Of a stretch of 63,847 nucleotides of DNA, positions 26,201 through 39,366 are shown in pieces (position 1 is the stretch's first letter; every line of letters starts with the position of its first letter). This DNA comes from Octopus bimaculoides (Eukaryota). Where the stretch lies: positions 30,497,495 to 30,561,341 of the forward strand of contig NC_068997.1 of assembly GCF_001194135.2 (NCBI RefSeq). The letters run 5' to 3'. The position numbers and the translations under genes were made by a program. Under the pieces are notes generated by a model, which saw only the letters and a program-made list of their open reading frames with translations, was not told the origin of the DNA and made no database searches.

Positions 26201-27510
26201 ACAGGCTTCCCCTGAGGGCTCCTCTATATTTATGATCTTGTTCTTATAGCTGAATCACTACTAGATCTAGAGAATAAATTCCAGGTATGGAAGCAAGGTC
26301 TAGAATTGAAGTGCTTTAGAGTTAATCTAGCAAAAACCAAAGTCTTAGTAAGTCGAAAGGCAAACAAATTACAAATCTCTATCTGTAGAATAGGTGTAGG
26401 TAGCAAACTCTGTAAGATGCACTCAGTGTAAGCTTTGCACACATAAGAGGTGCAGCAATATCAAAGGAAAGTTAAAAGGGAAAATAACTTTTGTGTGTAG
26501 TAGATGCACAGGTACAATAAGCACCGAAAATATACAGAAAATAGATTCCATCAACTAAAGGTAGTAGATAGCTTCCGTTACCTTGGTGATCAATTTGGTA
26601 GCAGAAGTGGATGCTCAGAGAACATAGCTGTCAGAATAAGATTAAGCTAGGCAAAGTTTAGAGAGCTCTTGCTTCTGCTGACAACAAAGAGACTCTCTCT
26701 CTCAGAGTGAAAGGCAAATTGTATGAAACTTGTGTTTGAACAGTTATGCTGTATAGCCGTGAAATATGGGCTGTGACAGCTAAGGACATAAGTAAGCTAG
26801 AAAGAAATGAAGCCAGTATTCTTCACTGGATGTGCAATATCAGTGTTCTTGTCTGACAGAATGTAAGAATCTTGAGAGAAAGGTCAGGCATAAAAGGCAT
26901 CAGATGTGGTGTGCAAAAGAGATGAATGTGCTGGTATGGTCATGTGATGCATATGTACGAGGACAGCTGTGTAATAAATGCCAATCTCTAACTGTGGAGG
27001 GAACCTATGATAGAGGTAGACACAGGAAGACACGTGATGAGTGGTGAAGCAAGATCTTCAAACTAGTGCCTGAGATCTTTGGCATTATGTTGTGTTTGAG
27101 AAGATCCACCAAGCCAAGTAAAATCACAGTCATAGCAAATACCAGTGTCATGCAAATGGCACCCATGCCGGTGGCTCATAAAAGTACCTTTCGGGCATTG
27201 GACCTTATGGAGGCAATGACCGAGTCCACTTGGCAGTATACCATGCTTTAGAAGAAAACCTATCATGCCAAGTAAAACTGCAGTCGTGGCAGACACTGGT
27301 GTCATGTAAATGGCACCTATGCTGGTGACACATAAAAACACCCATTACACTCTCAGAGTGGTTGGCATTAGGAAGGGCATCCAGCTGTAGAAACCATGCC
27401 AAAACAGACTGGAATCTGGTGCGGCCTTTCAGCTTGTCAGCCCTTGTCAAACTATCTAACCCATGCCAGCATGGACAGTGAATGTTAAATGATAATGATG
27501 ATGATGATAA
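23200..27510 (+). mobile_element. Decayed RTE-type LINE (APE, RT, 3' UTR, (GAT)n tail) split by a mariner insertion
   Basis: LLEFSDSNNRLVCNTNFRK and PQHRLIISDF (APE), KAIGPSGITSEMLK, then resumes LDEM after 25866. The tail ends gataatgatgatgatgat at about 27510, with a tandem duplication of the ORF end (about 27090-27215 vs 27240-27335). Confidence 0.85.
24488..25864 (+). mobile_element. Full-length mariner element (DD34D type), inactivated
   Basis: 27-bp perfect TIRs tcaggtcatcccataagttctgtccga and TA TSD (24486-87, 25865-66). ORF MEVSKEHLRHIML...WFAKFRSGDFSLED...WVPHEL. The second catalytic motif reads HQNNM* and SPDL is frameshifted. N-gap at 25066-25373. Confidence 0.92.
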
Positions 27511-27526
27511 TACACACACATACATA

Positions 27527-28030
27527 TATCATCATCATCATCGTTTAACGTCCGCTTTCCATGCTAGCATGGGTTGGACGATTTGACTGAGGACTGGTGA
27601 AACCAGATGGCTACACCAGGCTTCGATCTGATTTGGCAGAGTTTCTACAGCTGGATGCCCTTCCTAACGCCAACCACTCAGAGAGTGTAGTGGGTGCTTT
27701 TACGTGCGACCGGCATGAAGGCCAGTCAGGCGGTACTGGCAACGGACGTGCTCAAAATGGTGTATTTTATGTGCCACCCACACAAGGGCCAGTCCAGGGG
27801 CACTGGCAACGATCTTGCTCGAAAGTCCTTACACATGCCGCGGGCACAAGTGCCAGAAAAGTGACACTGGGCACATGTGCCATGACGATTTCGCTTTCGC
27901 TTGCCCCAACAGGTCTTCGCAAGCTGAGTTTCGTGTCTAATGAAGGAGACGACGTTGGCATGGGTGCCAGTTGTCGAATTTAGTATGATTTCGATTTCAC
28001 TTGCCTCAACAGGTCTTTGCAAGCGGAGTT
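27527..28030 (-). mobile_element. RTE 3' UTR or RTE-tailed SINE copy
   Basis: catcatcatcgtttaacgtccgctttccatgc...; contains gatttcgatttcacttgcctcaacaggtct, the reverse complement of the 63790-63835 RTE 3' UTR. Confidence 0.8.
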
Positions 28031-28664
28031 TAGTGTCCAATGAAGGGAAGGTACGCATATGTATATATGGCATGTAAAAAGCACCCGCTACACTCTTGGG
28101 GTGGTTTGCATTAAGAAGGACATCCAGCTGTAGAAACCTTGCCAGAATTGGATCCTGGTACAGCCTCCTGGCTTGCCAGTCTTCATTCAAACCGTCCAAT
28201 CCATGCCAGCATGGGAAATGAAAGGAGCAACGTCTCATATTTGATCTTAGCATTATGTCCCTGACAAGTGTGAATGAACGTTTTTCCTTTCGCCTCCTCT
28301 TAATTCTTTTTTACCCTTTTTAATCCTTCCACCCTCTCCCTGCAACATCCCCATATTTACTTACCTCTGTTCTCTTCATTATCTTTTTCCTCCTCCTTTC
28401 TGCATGCCCTCTCCTATAACTTCTGTTTCACATTTGCAGCCTGTGTTATTCTGCGTCTATTATCAGTTGCAGCCAGTTTTTCAAGCTGAGAGGATGTAAA
28501 ACACTGTTTGTCTTTCTTCAACTTCTCTTTTTCTCTACCTGCTGATGAAGGATTGCATCCAAAACATTGGATATTCCACTCCTCACGGCAAGTTCACCAT
28601 ATCTCTTTCACTTCTTTCTATATTTTTTCAATTCTTGCTGATGCAAAGCTACACAAGATTCCTT

Positions 28665-29273
28665 GTAGTTTACAGGCAATGACAGGAGACCGAGACCTTT
28701 GGAGATATGCTGTAATTGAGAAGACCCGACAACTAAAGTGAGATTGCAGCTATGGTCGATGCCACTGTTGCATGTCTGGCCAATTTAAGAGTACCCCTGA
28801 TGCGTTGGATAATATGATATGCTTGAGAAGATTTGTTGGGTTATGTAAAGCCAAAATCATAGCTGTGGCCAGTGCCCACTGACTGGCTCCCAGTCCAGTA
28901 GCATGTAAAATGCATCATCTGAATGTGGTCGATGCCAGTGTCCTCTCATTGACTCCTGTGCCGGTGGCATGAAAAAAGCACCATCCTAACATGGCCGAAG
29001 CCAGTACCCCCTGACTGGCTCCCTTGCTGGTGGCACATAAAAAGCACTACCCAAATGTGATTGATGCCAGGACTGCCTGACTGGCTCCTTTGCTGATGGC
29101 ATGTAAAAAGCATCCACTAGACTCTCGGAGTGGTTAGTGTTAGGAAGGGCATCTAGCTGTAAAAATATTGCCAGACCAGATCGGAGCCTGGTGCAGCCGC
29201 TGGCTCTCCAGACTTCAGTCAAACTGTCCAACCCATTCCAACATGGAAAACAGATGTTAGACGATGATTATGA

Positions 29274-29278
<5 letters not shown>
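28665..29278 (+). mobile_element. RTE 3' end with four tandem ~65-bp UTR units
   Basis: RDLWRYAVIEKTRQLK* ORF end, then four gccag...actggctcc...aaaagcac units (28868-29115) and a gatgattatgatgat tail. Confidence 0.8.
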
Positions 29279-29334
<56 letters not shown>

Positions 29335-29845
29335 TACATACATATATACATGCATACATATACATACATACAGGCACACATATACATACATACATACATA
29401 CATACATACAATTCATACATACAATTAATACATTATAAGTGCAATCTGTGAGTGGAACAGTAAAAATATGCAAGACTTTTCTCAAGTTCCACACCTGAAT
29501 TCATCTGTGTTAACTACATTCCAAAGATGGAGTCTTGTATCTTTGTTGGAAACCGGTTTCCTCCTCAGGGGAAGATTTATAAAAATTAAAAAAATAGAAG
29601 ACACATACATATACATACATGCATGAATATACATATACATGCATATACATACACACATACACATACACTTATATGCATATGCATACATATATATACATAT
29701 GTATAAGTACATACATACATATATTTAAATATAAATACATACATATATATATATACATGCATACATATATACACATACATAGATATATATACATATTTAC
29801 ATACATACATATACATACTTACATATACACACACACACACATATC
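29278..29845. repeat. (TA)n and (CATA)n compound microsatellite
   Basis: Seen directly. Confidence 0.95.
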
Positions 29846-29859
29846 CTTAAATTGCCTTA

Positions 29860-31380
29860 TTTGAAAAGAGGGAAAGCTCCTGGACTATCAGTGCTGAGAT
29901 GATTAAGTTACAACTAAGTTACTCATATAGTTAATTGAGTTATCCAGGAAGGTATCAGCCCTTATAACTGAGGCATTAAGTATTATAGTTGGCTGCTACA
30001 AGAGTAAAAATGATGTTTTAGAAAGAAACAGCTACAGAAGTATTAAAATGGGACCAGGTCATGAAAGTTAGAGAGAGATTAGGAATAGAATTATACTAGA
30101 TGAGGTGCAGTTTGGTTTGGTGCCTGGGAAGAACATCACAGATATCACCTTCCTAGTGAAGCAGCTACAAGAAAAGGATCTGGCCAAAATATACCATTGT
30201 ACTTGGCTTTTTTCAGCCTGGTGGTAGCTTTTGAGAGAGTCCTCACTCTGTTATTTGGTGATCTCTCAGGAAGCTAGGAGTAGATGAGAGACTCATTAGT
30301 GCTGTAGAAATCATACATAGTGTTACTGTCAGTAGGGTGAAAGTCAGCCATAAGTACAGTGACAAATTTAGTGTACAAGTCTATCTTCATCAGAGTTCAG
30401 TCCTTAGCCTCTTCCTAATTATTGTAATCTTCCAAGTTATAAGAGAGGAAATTAAAACTGGTTGCACAGAAGCTACTATATGCTGATTAGCTCACTTTCA
30501 TAGTAAAATCTGTAGTAGAACAGGAAAAAAAATTCTAAATACGGAAGTAAAACCTGGAATCAGATGACCTTAATGTTAATAGCAGACAAGTTTTTCTTTC
30601 TGTCAAGTAAATGACTCTGCTTGATATGAGTGAAAGGTGTTGGAAAGAATTCCATTTGATGTATCTAGTACAAGCTACAGACATATACAAGGTTTAGTGG
30701 AATGACAAGTAGGTTAACAGAGAAAGTTGTCTTTGCATGTGACAAAATTGCAGAAACAATAAACACCAAGGACACACAGAACTAGACTTTCTCAAATGGC
30801 CAGGAGGCTCCCTCATAGTTATTCATAGCTTCTGTTACTTAGGTGACCAAATTAGCAATGGTTGAAGTTATCCTGAAAATATAGTTCCTAGAAAAAGAAT
30901 TGGATGGAGACAATTTAGAGAACTATTACCTCTATTAGCAGTAAAAGGTCTCTCTCTCAGAATGAAAGGAAAATTGTATGATGTTTGTATATGAATAACT
31001 ATGTTACATGGTAGTGAGATGTGGGTTCTGAATGCAGAAGACATGTGTAGACTCCAGAAGAATGAAGTTAGTATTCTCCGATGGATGTCCAACGTCAATG
31101 TGCATATATAACAAGTGCAAAAGTGCTGAGAAAAAAGTTGGGCTTAAGAGGAATCAGATGCAGCATGCAAAAGAGAAGACTATGATGTGTATGAATGAAG
31201 ACAACTGTATAAAGAAGTGCCAAGGGCTTAAAATGGATGGGACTTGTGGAGGAGGAAGACCCAAGAAGACATGGGATGAAGTAGTGATGCTGGGCATCAC
31301 AAAGGAGATGACAATGGACTGTGATGTCTGGTGATGTGAGGTTCTTGAGAAGATCTATCCACCTCAGCAAAACTGAGTTC
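29860..31380 (+). mobile_element. Highly decayed RTE-type LINE RT region
   Basis: LDEVQFGLVPGKNITD and MLHGSEMWVLNAEDM remnants homologous to 62120-63713. Confidence 0.8.
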
Positions 31381-31859
31381 TGGAAGAACTGTGTGTTCTA
31401 ACCACATGTAATATTAAATTTTTCCCACACCCTACTCTAGTAAACCAGACTAATCTTTTTCCTCTTTCTCTTGCACTATGCTTATCTCCCCCCCCCCCCA
31501 CTATTCTTGCAGTCCAAAATTTTCCTCCATGCCCTACCAAAGGTATCATTGCTATCCTATCATATCCCTCTATATACCCAGGTTTTACCAGTCACTACAT
31601 TCTCCCTTTGCCACTTTTGCAGTCATGTAAACTCCTTCCTCATGCACCCTGAGTAATCCTCCACCATATCAAATTATATTCACAGCCTTGTACCGAAGAG
31701 TATGCCTTGGTACATTACCAGCATCCCTCTCACTTTCTCTTGTTCTCCCTTAACCTTGTGGTCTCACTCTTGTTCTCACTCACTCTTCCTCATTCATTGT
31801 TTCTCGCTCTCTCTCTCTACAGTCAGAGTAGCCATGTATCTCCTCTACAGCAAGACACC

Positions 31860-32248
31860 TGTTTCTGCCCCTCTGTCATACTCTAATTCCTCATCACTTG
31901 ACACAAAGCTACCTCATTCAAAAAATTTTGTCTTGCAAATTACTTGGTGACCTCTCCAATGTAGGTATTATGTAAAAATCAATGCAACCCACTCTGTTAA
32001 GTGGTTGGCATTTTCAAAAGGTATCCAGCCGTAAAAACCATACCAAAACAGGCCTCACCAGTGCTGGTGCCATGTAAGAAAGCACCCAGTCCACCCTGTA
32101 CAGTTGGTGGCATTAGGAAGAGCATCCAGCCATAAAAAGCATGCCAAAGGAGACAGTGAAGCTTAGCACGGTCCATTGGCTACCAACTCCTGTCAGACTA
32201 TCCAACCCATGCCAGCATGGAAAACGGATGTTAAATAATGATGATGGT
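31860..32248 (+). mobile_element. RTE-type 3' UTR and tail
   Basis: tggcattaggaagagcatccagc...aacccatgccagcatggaaaacggatgttaaataatgatgatg. Confidence 0.65.
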
Positions 32249-32256
32249 TATATATA

Positions 32257-33560
32257 TGAGTGAGAGCCAAAAATTATATTCACTCATGCTTTTTCAATGT
32301 ATTTATACAAAAGCAGGGGATAAACAAGTACATTTTTCTGTATAGTCTCCTTCCTTTTCAATGCACTTGGTCCAGCAATTCACATGCTTGCATATTTCCT
32401 TCAAAAAGAAGGTTTTTGGTTAGACCTGCAACCATTTATTCATTGCTTCCTTCACATGTTCATCCATAGGAAACCAACGACCTTGTAAACCATCTTTGAG
32501 TGATCCAAAGATATGATGATTGGAAGGGGTGAGATCTGAGTTGAAGGCAGGGTGTTCCACCACTTCAAAATCCAATTGGTTAATGGTTTCAATGGTCTGG
32601 GTGGCTGTGTGTGGGCATGCATTGTCATAAAACACTAAAACTTTCTTCGACAATAGGCTTCAGCATTTGGTGTGAATTGCTGGCTTCAGTTTGTTGGCCA
32701 GCAAAGCACTGTATCTTGCACTGTTGATCGTACACTCCTTTTCCTGGTAGTCTTCCAGTATAGGCCCTTTTGAGTCCCCTAAAAGGGTTAACATCACCTT
32801 TCTTGTAGGAGACTGAATCTTGAATTTCTTTGTTGCTGGTGAGTGAGGATGTTTCCACTCCAAACTGCCTTTTAGATTCTGCCACATAATGATGGATTCA
32901 CGTTTCATCTCCTGTGACTATTCTGCTCAAAAATTCCCCACCCTCATTGTTGTAGTAATCATGTAAATGTTGGCAGAACTCAAGACGTTTGTCCTTGTGC
33001 TCTGCAATATGCTCTCTTGGCACCCATCTTGCACAGACTTTATGGAAGCCAAGCTCATCATGGATGATTTGGTGGGCAGAACCATGACTAATCTGCGGAG
33101 AACAAGCGACCTCATCAATGATAATTCTCCAGTTCACCATTACCATCTTTCAAGCTTGCTGAATCTTCACATCAGTGGCAGAGGTTGATGGGCGTCCTGC
33201 TCCCTCTTTGTGCGGCACATTTGTCCAGCCACTTTTAAGTCTCTTGATACACTCATACACACTTCCATGTGGTAGTGCACTGTCACTGTACTGTGCTATA
33301 AGCCTCTGATGAATTTCAGCACCTGACACACCTTCTGACCAGAGAAATCAGATCACTGCTCTTTGTTCTTCTTTGGTGCACATTGATAGTGGAACAGCCA
33401 TGTTCACACTGTAAAGTCAGAAAGAAAAATGATGTGACCAGGCTCAAACTCTGATCAGGTGACCACAGTTGTACCAACTATAAGCACAAGGCAGAAGGCA
33501 GTGTGACAATAATAAATATATGTTATGGCAAAAGTGCAGATAATTTTTGACTTCCTATCA
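32257..33560 (-). mobile_element. Full-length decayed mariner element
   Basis: Imperfect TIRs (tgagtgagagccaaaaattat; ataatttttgacttcctatca) flanked by TA. Motifs KVCARWVPREH, RIVTGDET, YDNACPH and HPAFNSDLTPSNHHIFGSLK. Confidence 0.85.
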
Positions 33561-33562
33561 TA

Positions 33563-35830
33563 TATCATCATCATCATCATCATCATCATCATCGTTTAAC
33601 GTCTGTTTTCCATACTAGCATGGGTTAGACGGTTCGACGAGGGTCTGGGAAGCTAGGAGGCTGCACCAGGCTCCAGTCTGATCTGGCAGTGTTTCTACAG
33701 CTGGATGCCTTTCCTAATACCAACCACTCTGTGAGTGTAGTGGGTCCTTTTTACATGCCACCGGCACAGGGACCAGGGGAGGCTGGCAATGGCCATGATC
33801 AGTCGGTGCTTTTTACGTGCCACTGGCACAGAAGCCAGTCAAGGCAGCGCTGGCATCAGCCATATTCGGATGGTGATTTTTACATGCCACCGGCACAGGT
33901 ATCACAACTACAATTTCCATTTGACTTTTATTTTGGTGTTGATGTACTTGACTCAAGGTCTCCTCAAGCACAGCAGGTCACCCTATGATCCAAGGTACTT
34001 GAATGGGCTGGGGCTGGTTATGCGAAGCTGATGTAAGGTACACTGTGAACTCACTTCACTTGTCAGGTCTTTGCAGTCACAGCATGTCTCCAAAGGCCTC
34101 AGTCTTTCGTCATTGCCTCTGTGAGACCCAACGTTCGAAGGTCATGCTTGACCACCTCATCCCATGTCTTTATGGGTCTACCTCTACCCTGGATTCCTTC
34201 AACTGTTTGGGAGTGACACTTCTTCACACATCTCTCCTCATCCATCTGTAGAACATGACCATATCAGCACTAATGTCTCTCTTGCACACCACATCCAATG
34301 CTTCTTATGTCCAACATTTCTCTCAGGGCACTTACACTTGGTTGTGTGTGCACACTGACATTACACATCCAGCGGATCATACTAGCTTCATTTCTTTCCA
34401 GCCTACACAAGTCCTCCGCAGTCATGGCCCATGTTTCACTACTGTGAAGCATGGCAGTTCACACACATGCATTGTACAATCTACCTTTCACTTTGAGCGA
34501 GAGGCCTTTTGTCACCAGTAGGGGTAGAAGCTTTCTAAACTTTGCCCAGTCTATTCTTATTCTAGTGGTAACACTCTCTGAGCATCCACCCCCACTACTA
34601 ACTTGGTCACCTAGGTAGCGGAAGCTATCAACATTTCTAGTTTCTTCCCCTGGAGTGTGATGGAATCTGTTTTCTAGGCATCTGTGGTGTCTATTGCATT
34701 GCCCCTGTGCATCTGCTGCACACAAACGCTAACTTATTGGTTAATCTTCCTTTGATGTTGCTGCACCTCTTATGTGTCCATAGCTTACAGTGGGTACATC
34801 TTATGGAGTTTCTACCTACACCTTGTCGACACATCGAGCAGGGCCACCTACCTGAAAGGGTGTGTGATGAGTTCACCTTCCTACTTACTAGAACTTTGGT
34901 CTTAGCTACATTGACTCTAATGTCTTTTGATTCTAAACCTTGCTTCCACACCCGAAATTTCTTTTCTAGTTCCGGTAGTGTTTCTGCTATGAGGTCCAGG
35001 TCATCAGTATAGGGGAGCTCCCAGGGCAACCCGTCTTGAATTCCTCTGTTATTGCCTGTAGGACTATGATGAATAAAAGGGGACTGAGGGTTGAACCTTG
35101 GTGGACCCCAACTTCTACCAGGAATTCTTCACTATACTCATTGCCAATCCTAACCTTACTAATGACCTCTCTGTATAGAGCCCGTACAGCCCTTATTAAC
35201 CATTCACCAATCTCTAGTTTCTGCAATGCCAACCAGATAAGGGAGCGGGGGCTTTCTCCAAGTCCACAAAAGCTAAGTATAGGGTTTTAGCTTTAGCTAG
35301 GTATTTCCCCTGCAGTTGTCGGATCAGGAATATGGCATCAGTGGTGCTTCTACCTGGCACAAAACTGAACTGTATCTCATCTGAGCAGACTCTCTCCCTA
35401 ATGAGATGGGTTATGACCCTCTCCGTGACCTTCATTACCTGATCCAGCAGTTTGATACCCCTGTAGTTATTTCTATCTAGAGCATCACCTTCACCCTTGT
35501 AGCAGTTGACTAAGGTGCTGCTATGCCAGTCATTGGGCATGACTCCATCATGAACTACCTGGTTTACAATGAGGATGACTAGGCCATAGCCCGCACCACC
35601 AGATGTTTTAAGCATCTCTGCAGTGATGGGCCAGGGGCTTTTCCTGGCTCTATTCCCTTAATTGCTTTATCTACCAGCGAGCTGTCTATTCGGATAGCCG
35701 GTCCCTCTACTGGGTCAACATTTGGAAGGCTCTCCTCCTCTCAATCATTCTCCACATTCAGCAGTCCTTTATAATGGCTTCTCCAAGCCTCTTTCTTTTC
35801 AGTATCATTAAAAGTAAGTGCACCATCATT
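33563..35830 (-). mobile_element. 5'-truncated RTE-type LINE with complete 3' end
   Basis: YRGIKLLDQVMKVTERVI, WELPYTDDLDLIAE, PHD-like CSMC...CTHC..WTHKRC...CSRC, YLGDQVSSGGG, 3' UTR and (GAT)n tail at 33563-33595. Confidence 0.88.
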
Positions 35831-36509
35831 CATGCGGACACATTTATATATATGTATATATAATTTTGAGAGGAAGTCAAAAAATATCTGCACTTTATAC
35901 ATATACACACACACTGAAATCTACAAGTTTTTTTCGTTTTCTCTTTGGTTTATTTTCTCTTATTCCTTTCTGTTGAAGAATGTAAAATGTAAAAAAGATT
36001 GGGAAGGTAAGTGATGTCTTGTTCAGTTTCCCTCGCGTTAATCACAGTTGGATAATGAAACAAGTAGAAGTAAACTGATGAATAACATCAATTAAAAGAC
36101 GATAGGTTAATCTTCATTAGTTATTAAGGAAAGGTAACTGACGCTAGATTACCCCCAAGTATTTCATTTGAGTTATTATTAATGCTGGTGAGTATTTCTT
36201 ATTTCAGATAAAAAGTAATAATCATGTTCTTGGAGAAATCATTTCACTATATTCATTGCCAAATATCAAAGATATCTCAAATAAATCTCTAGATGTGTCT
36301 TCTTGACTGAAGTTTTAATGTTTGGAATATAAACAAAGGCAAACTGATAAAAAGAAAATAAATTTTATTTAATTGTTTGCCTCTAATAAAGACTAACAGT
36401 AGAATATTTTTATTGAATGATATTGGACATTATAAGAACCAATTTGAGGCAAAAGCATGCAATATTTTTCTGCTTCAAATTGCTCTTTATAAAATCTAAT
36501 AAGATTAAA

Positions 36510-36720
36510 GGTGGTAAGCTGGCAGAATGATTAGCATGCCTTTGCAAAATGCTTAGCTGCATTTCATCCATCTTTATGTTCTCAGTTCAAATTCTGCTGA
36601 GGTTGACTTTGCCTGACATTCTTTCAGGGTCAATAGAATGTGTACCAGTTGAGCACTGAGGTTGATGTAATCGACTTAGCCCCTCCCCTCAACTTGCTTG
36701 CTTTGTGCCACAATTGGCAT
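36510..36720 (+). mobile_element. tRNA-derived SINE
   Basis: A-box-like tggcagaatgattag and B-box-like gttcaaattc, followed by the conserved gttgactttgcct...ctttcagggtcaata core. Confidence 0.75.
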
Positions 36721-37510
36721 TATATGTAGATTATAAGTTGAAAATCATAGCATTTAATTAATTCATAATTATTTTATAATTATTACTCAGTTCTATCAAT
36801 TTAATAAAGAACATTTAAAACCATTATATTCCCTTGATCTCCGGAGTGCCTTTCAGACCAATGAGTTTGATGCAGTTAATACAAAGTATTAATAGTTACC
36901 TTTCGATTAGCTTTTGTTGTCCCCACTCTAGATACCTTCTTATCTCTAGTTTATATGTTGTATTAAATGACAGTGGTATATTTCTTCAAAACTAGAACCA
37001 TTTTTAAGTAACTATTTCTATGGAAGCAATTAGATTTAACACCTCAAATCTGGAAAATATTCATTGGATTAACAATTTCACAGGCATACTGTTTTCACTT
37101 TTTAGTATTTATTTACAGACAATGATAATTTGTGAGCGAAATGTTTTTACCACAGACAAAGTGCAATGCTAATGACAACATATAATTCACTGATACTCCA
37201 GAAACTCTATTGATACAGCCTTGTAATCTCATATTGATGAAGCTCAATTAAATTTCAACAGGCCAAGGATTAACCACCCAAAACATGCTGCGAAATATAT
37301 AAATAACAACATTAGTCATTGACTAATATTATGATTTTTACCTGCATATTTTACCCTAATTTATATTTTTAATGTTTCATGCTGAAAATAGCTCTCAACT
37401 TTTTTGACTAGTCTCATGATTAATCTAAATTACAATAATTTTTAATGAAAGTCAAGTTCATTAGAAAATATTAAAAAAACTGAAAATTTAATTTAAAAAA
37501 TATTTCTTAC

Positions 37511-37704
37511 TTTTGAACAAAGCCTTGAAGATTGCTACACCAAAGTCTTCAGCGGAATTTATGTCAAAAACAGTCAGCAAGTTTGGTCGTCTCAGGGAAC
37601 TCACCACACAGTCAACCATGTTATCTTCCTCTTTTTTTTCCAAACCCTCAAATTCTTGTGTAATTTTTTTTCTGATATCATCATTCAGTTTCTTTTGTAG
37701 TGAT
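37511..37704 (-). CDS. TRPM-like channel gene, internal exon (end of MHR1/2 region)
   Basis: Acceptor ttttctttctag, donor gtaaga; 194 nt, phase 2 in and phase 1 out, no stops. (R)SLQKKLNDDIRKKITQEFEGLEKKEEDNMVDCVVSSLRRPNLLTVFDINSAEDFGVAIFKALFK resembles the TRPM LITVF...DLDxAILxALLK segment. Confidence 0.8.
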
Positions 37705-38899
37705 CTAGAAAGAAAAGTTAATTCAAACTATATAAACCTTTCTATAGTGATTAAAAGAAAGTTATATATAAAGAATGATATAAAGTCCACACTGATGTCA
37801 CAAACAAGACTACTACCTTGGTGCCCTAAAGAGAAATAATGTTAACTAGGCTACACTATTGGTAACACAGGTAACACAAGAACCTCGCTCTTGATGGAAC
37901 AGGGCTTAACCATCTGTAATCTTTACAGGACATCTAAGATTGGTGAGGGAAAGACAGGAATAAACCAAAACTCATGGGTTACTGCTAATCAATTCTTGGA
38001 TCTTGTAAATAGTTAATCTGTAAGTCATAACGTGGCAGGCCTGACATTAAATGGGGTTGTCTCTAGAGATATTATTCATAATACCTCTGTCATAGATGGC
38101 AGTAGGCCTCTTTTTGAGAACCACTTCCATATCTATCCACAAGCAAACAGACACTATACAATGAAAGTATTGTGGATCAAGGCTTCATGTTATCCTCACA
38201 CTGATGACCTGGTCTTAATACTTGTAACATTTTGGATTCTGTTAGCGGCAGTGAAGGGCCAAGTGGTCCTGTTGAACTACTGCCAGATAGTTCAGTGTTT
38301 AATGATGGAATGGATTAATTCCCAACCAGGGACAGTGTGCCCAAAATTGGTCAAACCTATGCTAGATTAATTCATATTTACCATTTCTATTATGTTTTAG
38401 TGTTGTTTCATAAGGATGTCATGATACCTACTGCTTGATATGATCCCTTAAATTGGATGGGAAAAGAAATAGACAAATCCAAACAGCTCCAGGTATGTCC
38501 TGAATTGGAGCCATTATCCTTCCCCAGTAAATAGGGAGCCTAGTGTCAACATAAGAAATCATGATTATGACTATTAGCTGTGTCAGGTCATACTGCCAAA
38601 AATTTGAGTCTTTAGTAATAGAAATCTGATGAGTCTTGATCAGAAAATGAGTCATCAGTTCCTATCAAAGCTATGAATATCTAAAACGCTATGACTACCA
38701 GCACTAAAATCAAACTATCAACTTTAGTAATAGGTGAGTTGCAAGCCAAGGAGGGAGCAGTTTACCTAGTTGCACAACCTGTCAAAAATATAAGTTATAT
38801 TCCTCTCAAATCATACACTTTCAGCTTAAATAAAGATGGATACACTGAAAAAATGTAGTCTTATATATACAAAATAGTAAAGGCTGGACTACTTATGAT

Positions 38900-39328
38900 C
38901 ACAAGTCTAGCAGACAGGAGACAAGATGACTGGAAGAAGATAATGGGCAAAAGAAGTGGTTCAAACGATGCACACTAGCAGGGGNNNNNNNNNNNNNNNN
39001 NNNNNNNNNNNNNNNNNNNNNNNNNNNNNNNNNNNNNNNNNNNNNNNNNNNNNNNNNNNNNNNNNNNNNNNNNNNNNNNNNNNNNNNNNNNNNNNNNNNN
39101 NNNNNNNNNNNNNNNNNNNNNNNNNNNNNNNNNNNNNNNNNNNNNNNNNNNNNNNNNNNNNNNNNNNNNNNNNNNNNNNNNNNNNNNNNNNNNNNNNNNN
39201 NNNNNNNNNNNNNNNNNNNNNNNNNNNNNNNNNNNNNNNNNNNNNNNNNNNNNNNNNNNNNNNNNNNNNNNNNNNNNNNNNNNNNNNNNNNNNNNNNNNN
39301 NNNNNNNNNNNNNNNNNNNNNNNNNNNN

Positions 39329-39366
<38 letters not shown>

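Noticed and set aside
28540-28585. CTGATGA-ggattgcatcc-aaaac, hammerhead-like
   Set aside because: GAAA is mutated to AAAA and stems I and III do not form. At most it is a dead relic.
29490-29570. Minus-strand peptide SNKDTRLHLWNVVNTDEFR, faintly like TRPM QLxLALxWNR
   Set aside because: The first AGs are poor GAG acceptors in the wrong phase, key residues are missing, and the sequence looks repeat-derived.
29137-29864. His/Thr/Tyr/Ile- and Cys/Val-rich ORFs (also at 19008-19430, 50469-51002 and 52345-53054)
   Set aside because: They are translations of (TA)n, (CA)n and (CATA)n microsatellites.
36510-36600. tRNA-like A and B boxes
   Set aside because: No cloverleaf or acceptor stem; this is a SINE head, not a tRNA gene.
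38625-38660. ctgatgagtc...gagtcatcag inverted repeat with GAAA
   Set aside because: The hammerhead stems do not form; probably a chance short inverted repeat.
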